Notes under the pieces: generated by a model
The model's database searches: none
Told to the model about the DNA's origin: nothing
What the model saw: only the letters and a program-made list of their open reading frames with translations
Made by a program: the position numbers and the translations under genes
In this document: positions 36,078-43,269 of the stretch, piece by piece
Layout: every line of letters starts with the position of its first letter
How positions within the stretch are numbered: position 1 is the stretch's first letter
Assembly (NCBI GenBank): GCA_028283345.1
Contig: JAPOGE010000001.1
Coordinates: 1-56,216 of the forward strand
Length of the DNA stretch: 56,216 bases
Direction: 5' to 3'
From: Candidatus Poseidoniales archaeon
GTDB taxonomy: Archaea > Thermoplasmatota > Poseidoniia > Poseidoniales > Poseidoniaceae

Positions 36078-37148
36078 ATGAGTGATAAAAAAGATACTGA
36101 CCGAACAGAAAGTGAAGAAGCCTGCGATGAGTGCGGATATATCCGTGCCGCGAACGAAAATAACGAGGTTGAATGCCCGCAATGCGGCCTACAGCCTTGT
36201 GGAGAAGAACTCGATATCCACCATCCGGGAAATACCCAGGGCGAAGAGGCGCACATGCATGCCGCCGGAAATAACCGAGTGAGAAACCGTAACCGAATGC
36301 CGGGTACCTACATCGACCGTAACGACATTCGCCGCAACGGCCAAGCCGGCCGAGCGACACGCGATTCACTGTACCGAATACTGCGCGAGCATGTGCGGAT
36401 GAATTGCACTCGCCCGACCTTCGCCGACGATTGCATCGGCCAGATTCGCAGCCTGGGGCTGGGTCGCGAGATTGAGAACATCCTCATCGGGATTTTCCGT
36501 GCCTGCCTGAACGAGGCCGAAAACGAGGCCGATGTGGGGCCACTGCCGCGCAACGAAATGCGCTTCATGACCGACCGCGACGCCGCTTACCGCCAACGCG
36601 TCTGTGTCGTCGCCGGCCTGCGTGCCGCCGCGGCTTTCGGGCTATGCGAAGGAATCCTCTCAGCCCGGTATGCCCAGACTTGGGGTCTTGACCTTGGCGA
36701 TTGCCGACGCATGACCAAGAAGTTCATCTCCCGAATCAAGCGCATGATGGTGGCACAATATGGTGATGAGGACGAAGCCCGTCGTATCGAAGCAATACAA
36801 CAACGACGCCGCACCCAGATGCACCGGGACGGTGAATTGTCGGCACAGGTCTGTCAATTGCGTGAGACCCTGACCAATACCGAGCTCGACTACCTCACCA
36901 TTCGCGCCCTGATGCGTCAGGTCTCGGGTTGGATTCTCCAATTGGGCGAACCGGGCTGTGAGGCCGTATTCGCCAATGTCCGCGCCGACATGCTGGTGGC
37001 GATTCTCATCCGTCGCGCCTTGGCCGGCCAGCGCATAAGGAATTTCTTTAGCATCACCGCAGAAGGCCTGGGGCTGTCTGCGGGCGGAGTGACCCAGCGA
37101 GCCGGACGGCTGTCTCGTGAGTTCGACCGCCACCTCGGCCACGACTAG
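36078..37148 (+). CDS. Zinc-ribbon protein, possibly a divergent TFB/TFIIB-family paralog
   Basis: Start at the ATG at 36078 (MSDKKDTDRTESEEA). CDECGY-x14-CPQCG zinc ribbon. Two helical segments have a cyclin-repeat-like pattern (IGQIRSLGLGREIENILIGIFRACLNE...VCVVAGLRAAAAFGL; a second repeat ends ...GLSAGGVTQRAGRLSREF). Similarity to canonical TFB is weak. Confidence 0.55.
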   Translation: MSDKKDTDRTESEEACDECGYIRAANENNEVECPQCGLQPCGEELDIHHPGNTQGEEAHMHAAGNNRVRNRNRMPGTYIDRNDIRRNGQAGRATRDSLYRILREHVRMNCTRPTFADDCIGQIRSLGLGREIENILIGIFRACLNEAENEADVGPLPRNEMRFMTDRDAAYRQRVCVVAGLRAAAAFGLCEGILSARYAQTWGLDLGDCRRMTKKFISRIKRMMVAQYGDEDEARRIEAIQQRRRTQMHRDGELSAQVCQLRETLTNTELDYLTIRALMRQVSGWILQLGEPGCEAVFANVRADMLVAILIRRALAGQRIRNFFSITAEGLGLSAGGVTQRAGRLSREFDRHLGHD

Positions 37149-37242
37149 GGGTGGTAGCCTGGCGGGTTGCCCCGGGACCAGAAGTGAGGTGTCGCAGACT
37201 GGATGGCGACGGTTTCAAGTGCAGCCGGGATGACGCCGAGCC

Positions 37243-38154
37243 ATGCGTAGGTTACTCTGTCTGGCAGTCGCCCTGCTCCTGTTCATCCCTTCACCTGCGG
37301 TTTCAGCCGGCCATAGCACCGATAATGACGCTATCACCGGCGGAGGGATTTTCGGCGGTGGCAAGATTTCTGCCAACGCCTCGGGAGCGATCGAAATACC
37401 GTTTTCCGACCTGCCCGGCCTAGCCGAGGATTTCACCGCCACCTGGTGCGATAACTGCGTATATGTCGAGCATGCTCTGCATAATGTTTCACAGGATACC
37501 GGGACCGAGGTACTCTACTTCCACCGTAATAACGACATCGAAGACCCGTTCGGCAGTGATAGCGGAGATTCGTGGTGGCAGAGGCGGTACGGCTCAGGCA
37601 TCCCTCCCACGGTGGTATTCAATGGTGATGATCTGCGCGCTGGTTCACTGCCCGGAGAGCAGAGCCTCGATGATGAGTTCACCGCCAAGGTGGTACGGGA
37701 CTTCGACCTCGGCAACGGCGACAGTCAGTTCATCTGGGCACTGGAGAATAACAACACCACCGGGGCCTTTGTCTGGTCATTACAATATGATTCGACCCAC
37801 GCCACATTCGCTGAGGCGGCCGGAATTCAATCCTGGCTATTCGTGCTCGAGGATAGTTCCTACTTCCCCGACGGCGGTAATGGACTTGAGGACTATCCCA
37901 ATGTCGTTCTCGACGTCATCGACCTCGGCACCGAATCTGAGGGTTTGTACAACCTCATCCTACCCAGTGCCTATGATGGCGACGACATCACCCTGATGCT
38001 CATCCATGAATTGATTCCCCTGCCACCGAGCACGGACAATGACACCGAGGGGTCTTCGGAAGATTCGGGTTTTCTTCCCTCGATCACCTTGATGGCGGCC
38101 CTCTCAGTGGTCGCAATGGCGGCGATTTATCGGCCTTCGCGCAGTGAGCCCTAG
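37243..38154 (+). CDS. Secreted thioredoxin-like (WCDNC) protein with a PGF-CTERM-like C-terminal anchor
   Basis: Signal peptide MRRLLCLAVALLLFIPSPAVSA and a TATWCDNCVYVEHAL CxxC motif. The C-terminus has an S/T/D/E linker, then SGFLPSITLMAALSVVAMAAIYRPSR. Confidence 0.65.
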   Translation: MRRLLCLAVALLLFIPSPAVSAGHSTDNDAITGGGIFGGGKISANASGAIEIPFSDLPGLAEDFTATWCDNCVYVEHALHNVSQDTGTEVLYFHRNNDIEDPFGSDSGDSWWQRRYGSGIPPTVVFNGDDLRAGSLPGEQSLDDEFTAKVVRDFDLGNGDSQFIWALENNNTTGAFVWSLQYDSTHATFAEAAGIQSWLFVLEDSSYFPDGGNGLEDYPNVVLDVIDLGTESEGLYNLILPSAYDGDDITLMLIHELIPLPPSTDNDTEGSSEDSGFLPSITLMAALSVVAMAAIYRPSRSEP

Positions 38155-38158
38155 AGAC

Positions 38159-41100
38159 TTAGGCGACGAGGTCAGCATGGTCATCACCGACATCGGCATA
38201 TGATAATTCCATATCCCAGGTCATCTGCAAATCATGCGGCAGTTCGGGCCGGATTCGCCGATAAGCCCACCACCACGGCGCTTCGCCGCGGCGGCCGAAG
38301 TGTACTTGCATGGGTCGCAGTAGCCGGGCAATCTGTGCCAGGGCATCCTCGGCCGGTGCCATCACCCGAGCCCATATCTCAAGTTGATTTTCTTCACCAC
38401 CCACATTGCCGGCGGCTACCACTTCGTCTTCGACATCGGCGGCTTCATCGGCTTCATCGGCTTCATCGGGTTCAGCAGGTTCAGCAGGTTCAGCAGGTTC
38501 AGCAGGTTCAGCAGGTTCAGCAGGTTCAGCAGGTTCAGCAGGTTCAGCCGCATCGGCATCATCATCGGCACCATCGGTTCTCTCCCATCCCAGAACCGTC
38601 GCTAATCGGCGGATGAATTCCTTTTCGCCATCATTGCGGATATTCATCTGGAAGCCGCAACCGGCAAATTGCAACAGCCCACCTCGGTGGCGAGGAATGG
38701 TCATCTCCTCCTGTAGCGGCAGGGCTTGCAGGATGCGACTGAGCAGAGGAAAGAGGGTGGTCCAGCGCGGCGTCCTGATTCCGACTGGTCCAGCCTGCAG
38801 GTTGCCGGCGAATTCCAACTCTCGAAACGCCTCCTCGTTGCGGGCTAATTCTCCGAGCCGCTCAACCCTCTCGGCGAGTTCGGCCGGATCACCCAATTCA
38901 CCCAATTCACCCAGTTCACCTAATTCAGCCGGATCACCCAGTTCGGCCGGATCACCCAGTTCACCTAATTCAGCCGGATTACCCAGTTCGGCCGGATCAC
39001 CCAGTTCAGCGGGTTCAACCGCTTGAAATTCCGGAACCGGGTCACCATAGGGGGGGTTAGCAACGACATCGACGACAATTTCGACATCGGCATCATCTTC
39101 AACCTCAATATCAACTCGAACTTCGGGTCTCTGCGCCTGCTGTCTTCTCTCTCTATCCCTCTCCCTTGGGCCCAGGTAGTTCTGGATCGCATGGTCCAGT
39201 CGAACTTCGATATTTCTGATGGCATCGTCAGCATCGCCGCCAGCATCGCCAGCATCGCCAGCATCGCCAGCATCGCCAGCATTGCCGAGTCGCATCTGGA
39301 AATCGGGCCAGCGCTCGGCATTGACGCGCCAATAATCACGGATTCGCCCGAGATTCTGTCGCTGTTGCCGATAGTATTGCCGCCATTCGGGATTGCCGCG
39401 CAGAGGATGGTCATGATCGTGCCGGCCACCGCGGTGACGCCGTTCAGCGTACTCGGGATTGTCGGCTTCAAACAGGAATTGTTGCAATGAATCGATACGT
39501 TGCGCACTGCCGATATCATCCAACAGACTGAGAACGACCGAGGCGATAACATCACCGAGCGGCATTTTTCGCTTCCCTTGTTGGCCGGTATGAATACAGA
39601 GGTTGCGGCCACGCTCGCCATTGCTCTGGTCGGTCGGGTGCGCCCACCCCAGAATACTGAATGGCGCATTATGCGCGCCTTCTCGGGTATCGACCGCATA
39701 GGCACAACCACTACGGCCACGAATCATGATCTTTCTATCCTGCATACGCACTCGGTCACGATTGGCGTGACAGATATCACGCAGTAGACCTAAAGCACGA
39801 ACCTCGGGAGCGGACAAGCTCAGTTCGGGGCGGGTGTTCTTCCAGTTCCAGCGCAGTGCCATGAACAGGTTATGGTGGCGGCTTTCGGGGGGCGATAAAG
39901 CCCAACTTGTCAGCAGTGCCCACAGGCGGGGGTCGTGCGGCAAGGTCGTGCGAATCCAATGGCCATCCTGATTCAGCACCCGCAGTAAGATTGCCCCCTT
40001 TCTGGTACAGAATGATGAGCGGGAATCATCCATTAATTCGACCCCTTCTTCGCCGACTTTACGCCAGCGTTCAACCCATGGTTCATCCCCGGTCAAACCA
40101 TCCTCCCAATCTTCCGCGTGGATATGAAAGCCGGTGATGGACGAGTAGCCGCCGTAGCGGTGGGCATGAAGATGGTGATAGCGGTGGTGGAGGTCTGAAG
40201 GCTGTCGTGAAATCGGCCTTATCTTCTCCTCTGGAAGGCCGGGTAGGCTCCAGGACAACCAGCGCATCACTCCGGATAGCGGATTGCGACTCAGCGACAA
40301 ATCGAAGCCCTGGGCTTTCGCCAACATGATGTGGCGAAATGCTGTATGACTGGCATTGATCAAGCGCGCCATCGTCGTCGCTTGGCGCTCGGAGAATTTC
40401 AAATTCTCATCATCGATCAAGACCGACATCGTCGGAATCAGTTTCGGCCAATCGAATCTGGTCGGCGCAATACCGCCTTTCGGTCGGCGAGTCATAGCTC
40501 GTCTGAGTGCTTCGACCGGGAAATTTCCCGGCAAAGCCTGGCCATCGAGAAAAATCATTCTGCCGGTGATGGAAAGTAATGTGCCATCGTGTAATTCCAC
40601 CCCTCTCTGCAGAACTCGCAATTCATGTTTGGTGGCCGGTCGTGAAAGTGGGAGATTAGCGAAATACTGCTTCCACTCCACCAGTAATCTCCTCGCCTGT
40701 GCCGGTCTGACCAATCGTGAATCGGCGGGGGCTCCCAAGGGTGCTTTCCCGTCAGCACCGGTCCTATCGGCACCGCTGGAAGCACCGGTCGTGAGCCGGT
40801 CAGACTTGCCAGTGCCGGAAGTACCGGCGGCCTCGCCATCATCGAGGAGCGCCCAGCGCAGGTCATTGGTCGGGGAAAATTCTTCGATTATTCGCTGTAT
40901 TTTGGCACTTTTTGGCTTGTCATACAGTGGCTGAAAGAGATTACAGATTCTGGTATTTGCCCACCGGTTCGGCATTTTCCAGACAATTTCACCGAGAATT
41001 CCCTCGGTCACAACTTTACATCTATCGCACCAATTACTCCAGTTGACCCGCTTTCTCGGGGTGGCATGAATGGGCAGGACGGATTGGTTGGCTTGGCCCG

Positions 41101-41230
41101 TCTGTTCGGGCGGATTGGCCTGATTGACCGGATTGGACTGATTACCATTACCGGTTTGATTGGCTTGAACGCCCGATTTTTTATTTGTCGAATTTCTTTG
41201 ATTCTCTTTACACAGAGTACATATTGCCAT
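38159..41230 (-). CDS. 1023-aa ORFan with a split N-terminal zinc ribbon and three in-frame microsatellite arrays; function unknown
   Basis: Single long ORF. CTLC ... (about 60 aa of Q/N/P-rich spacer) ... CDRC. A His-rich patch HHRYHHLHAHRYGG, then (GDA)n, (PAELGD/ELG)n and (AEP)8(DEA)3 arrays. I recognise no family-level motif. Confidence 0.75.
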   Translation of the reverse strand: MAICTLCKENQRNSTNKKSGVQANQTGNGNQSNPVNQANPPEQTGQANQSVLPIHATPRKRVNWSNWCDRCKVVTEGILGEIVWKMPNRWANTRICNLFQPLYDKPKSAKIQRIIEEFSPTNDLRWALLDDGEAAGTSGTGKSDRLTTGASSGADRTGADGKAPLGAPADSRLVRPAQARRLLVEWKQYFANLPLSRPATKHELRVLQRGVELHDGTLLSITGRMIFLDGQALPGNFPVEALRRAMTRRPKGGIAPTRFDWPKLIPTMSVLIDDENLKFSERQATTMARLINASHTAFRHIMLAKAQGFDLSLSRNPLSGVMRWLSWSLPGLPEEKIRPISRQPSDLHHRYHHLHAHRYGGYSSITGFHIHAEDWEDGLTGDEPWVERWRKVGEEGVELMDDSRSSFCTRKGAILLRVLNQDGHWIRTTLPHDPRLWALLTSWALSPPESRHHNLFMALRWNWKNTRPELSLSAPEVRALGLLRDICHANRDRVRMQDRKIMIRGRSGCAYAVDTREGAHNAPFSILGWAHPTDQSNGERGRNLCIHTGQQGKRKMPLGDVIASVVLSLLDDIGSAQRIDSLQQFLFEADNPEYAERRHRGGRHDHDHPLRGNPEWRQYYRQQRQNLGRIRDYWRVNAERWPDFQMRLGNAGDAGDAGDAGDAGGDADDAIRNIEVRLDHAIQNYLGPRERDRERRQQAQRPEVRVDIEVEDDADVEIVVDVVANPPYGDPVPEFQAVEPAELGDPAELGNPAELGELGDPAELGDPAELGELGELGELGDPAELAERVERLGELARNEEAFRELEFAGNLQAGPVGIRTPRWTTLFPLLSRILQALPLQEEMTIPRHRGGLLQFAGCGFQMNIRNDGEKEFIRRLATVLGWERTDGADDDADAAEPAEPAEPAEPAEPAEPAEPAEPAEPDEADEADEAADVEDEVVAAGNVGGEENQLEIWARVMAPAEDALAQIARLLRPMQVHFGRRGEAPWWWAYRRIRPELPHDLQMTWDMELSYADVGDDHADLVA
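38442..38549. repeat. 9-bp tandem arrays: gcttcatcg x3 followed by ggttcagca x8 (+1 variant); encode (DEA)3 and (AEP)8 on the minus strand
   Basis: Direct reading; perfect copies at 38469-38540. Confidence 0.95.
38877..39012. repeat. Mixed 18-bp / 9-bp tandem array (gttcggccggatcaccca / attcaccca units); encodes PAELGD / ELG repeats
   Basis: Direct reading; the protein reads AELGDPAELGNPAELGELGDPAELGDPAELGELGELGELGDPAEL. Confidence 0.9.
39222..39296. repeat. 9-bp tandem array (gcatcgcca, about 7 copies including variants); encodes (GDA)n
   Basis: Direct reading; the protein reads GNAGDAGDAGDAGDAGGDADDA. Confidence 0.9.
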
Positions 41231-41550
41231 TTTAACACATCTTTGGTTGGGGTCAGTTAAGGTTCAAACAGATTTGGATTTGAGGCTTTTCTCGCCTTTC
41301 CACATAGGATATTATTCATTCACCCTATATGAATAACGAATTATTATCATCGAGCCACTTTAGTGGCTAGATGAAATAAATACACGGTTGCTTTCAGGTT
41401 TCGTCCTTTGAATCCTATTACTTTGATTCGGACGCTATTCAACTTGTTCAAACGAGTCACAAACGCTCATCTGAAACTCTCAGTTCTGTACTGCTGATTC
41501 CGGATACAGAAATGCTTCCAGCGCAGTTTCCTCTTCGCTTGCTCCTCGCG

Positions 41551-41589
41551 GTGCGTCCTCAGAATAATGATGCTGGGTTTAGGACGCAC
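41551..41589 (-). terminator. 8-bp-stem hairpin (gtgcgtcc ... ggacgcac) immediately after the ltaE stop codon
   Basis: Perfect 8-bp complementary arms with a 23-nt loop. No oligo-T tract follows on the minus strand, so the terminator role is uncertain. Confidence 0.25.
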
Positions 41590-42611
41590 TAACTTATCAC
41601 GGTAAAAGCAGCGATGGCGACCTCGATATCCGCATCATCGACATCGAGATGGGTCACCGCTCGTACGGTATTGGCGTCGGTATCGAAGAGTTGCACATCA
41701 TGAGCCGCGAGCGCAGCGACGACTTCGGTGGCAGTGGCCTCACACTGGATATAGCACATATTCGTCTGCACCTCGTCGAGATTGACCGAAAAACCACCTA
41801 ACTGGTTGACCTCGGTCGCCAGCCGCAGTGCCCGCTCATGGTCTTCGGCCAAGCGCTCGATATTATTCTCCAGCGCGTATATTCCGGCGGCGGCGAGATG
41901 CCCCGATTGACGCATTCCACCGCCGAACATCTTGCGCCAGCGATGGGCCTGGGTAATGGTTTCACCAGTTCCGACCAATAACGAGCCGACTGGCGCCCCC
42001 AGCCCCTTTGAGAGGCAGATGGAGATGGTATCACAATCCCTGACCATCCGAGCCGGCGAAACCCCGGTGACGACCACCGCGTTGAACAGGCGGGCACCAT
42101 CCATGTGCACCTTGCAGTCAGCATCGTGAGCAATGCGGCAGATCTCATCGATCACCGCTTGGTCATAACAGGCACCACCACCGCGGTTGCAGGTATTCTC
42201 CAGACAAACCAATGAGCCGTTGGGATAGTGCGACATCGACCCTTCTGACTTGCGAATCGCGGCCTTCACCTGAGACGGTGTCATCTGTCCACTGATACCG
42301 TCGACCAGAGCGATGGAAACACCGCACAGAGCCGCATATCCCCCACCCTCATAGACATAGATGTGGGCATTCCTATCGACGATTATCTCATCGCCGGGCT
42401 GGGTGAGTGTGCGTAGTGCCACGGCGTTGCTCATCGTCCCGCTGGGCACGAATAAGGCCGCCTCCTTTCCCAACATTTCTGCAATCCTGGCCTCGAGAGC
42501 TTGAACGGTCGGGTCATCGCCGAGAACATCATCTCCGACCTCGGCCGCACCGATGACTTCCCGCATCGCCGCACAGGGGCGGGTTATCGTATCACTACGC
42601 AGGTCAGCCAT
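41589..42611 (-). CDS. ltaE: Low-specificity L-threonine aldolase
   Basis: MADLRSDTITRPCAAMREVIGAAEVGDDVLGDDPTV..., a beta-eliminating-lyase / GLY1 family N-terminus, with the PLP-lysine region ISICLSKGLGAPVGS. Confidence 0.92.
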   Translation of the reverse strand: MADLRSDTITRPCAAMREVIGAAEVGDDVLGDDPTVQALEARIAEMLGKEAALFVPSGTMSNAVALRTLTQPGDEIIVDRNAHIYVYEGGGYAALCGVSIALVDGISGQMTPSQVKAAIRKSEGSMSHYPNGSLVCLENTCNRGGGACYDQAVIDEICRIAHDADCKVHMDGARLFNAVVVTGVSPARMVRDCDTISICLSKGLGAPVGSLLVGTGETITQAHRWRKMFGGGMRQSGHLAAAGIYALENNIERLAEDHERALRLATEVNQLGGFSVNLDEVQTNMCYIQCEATATEVVAALAAHDVQLFDTDANTVRAVTHLDVDDADIEVAIAAFTVIS

Positions 42612-42724
42612 CGTCTAGGCTAGGCTCTGTCAGTTATTACCTCTGCTCGCCATGGTGGCCAGCGACCACACCAACATCGGAGCAAATCAGCGCCGTGGTC
42701 GGTGAGGAGCAGGCGGTGACGAGT

Positions 42725-43081
42725 TCAAAGGAGTTTGAGATGCCCGGTCAACTCATCGATTTCCTCGGAACTCCCGGGGCCGACTGCCCCGACCGTCAAC
42801 GAGCCGGCGGGAATCTGGGTTCTCCCGGCGTCGTGCACGGTACAGGTCGGCAATCCCTTGCGCTTGGCCGCAGCGAGTAGTTTTTCGATTTCCTCGGCAT
42901 CCTGCGCCTTGACCACCACCTTGCGCTGACCACTGGATAGCCAGGCCTGCATCTGGTTGGGATGATGTTCGGCGGCATTGAGAGCCGCCTTGACCGCGGC
43001 GTGGCCGACCTGTGCGGCGATTTTCCCCTTACCCATCTTCAGCCCATGGTTGACCAGACAGAGTAATTTCACCTCTCCCAT
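42725..43081 (-). CDS. pth2: Peptidyl-tRNA hydrolase, archaeal/eukaryotic type (Pth2), copy 1
   Basis: KLLCLVNHGLKMGKGKIAAQVGHAAV ... RKVVVKAQDAEEI ... VHDAGRTQIPAGSLTVGAVGP ... TGHLKLL. Start trimmed to the ATG at 43081 (118 aa, typical size). Confidence 0.9.
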   Translation of the reverse strand: MGEVKLLCLVNHGLKMGKGKIAAQVGHAAVKAALNAAEHHPNQMQAWLSSGQRKVVVKAQDAEEIEKLLAAAKRKGLPTCTVHDAGRTQIPAGSLTVGAVGPGSSEEIDELTGHLKLL

Positions 43082-43269
43082 CCCTCTCACCAGTGCCGAG
43101 TTTACTGTTTGCGGGGCGGTCAGACGATGAATCCACGAGCGCAGAGACATGCCACTGCGAGGGGTGATGTGACTTTAGGACAGCGGTTTTCCCACCATGC
43201 CAGTGATGAAGAACCTTTTAGCCACTTAGAAATAGGACCGGTCAGGCCTAGGGCCTTAGGGGTAATCCG

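Noticed and set aside
38442-39296. Possibility that the tandem arrays (and the 12-mer array at 1-60) are CRISPR repeats.
   Set aside because: The periods are 9-18 bp with no unique spacers, the arrays are in frame within long ORFs, and no cas genes are present. They are coding microsatellites.
38200-39490. Plus-strand ORFs (138, 73, 206 and 155 aa) inside the 1023-aa gene, including Ser/Ala-rich and Gln/Val-rich products.
   Set aside because: They are generated by the same microsatellite arrays read in other frames or on the other strand. Only the minus-strand frame stays open for 3 kb.
41380-41460. tRNA-like T-loop string (cgtcctttgaatcc) in the AT-rich gap.
   Set aside because: No complementary acceptor stem, D-arm or anticodon arm can be drawn around it.
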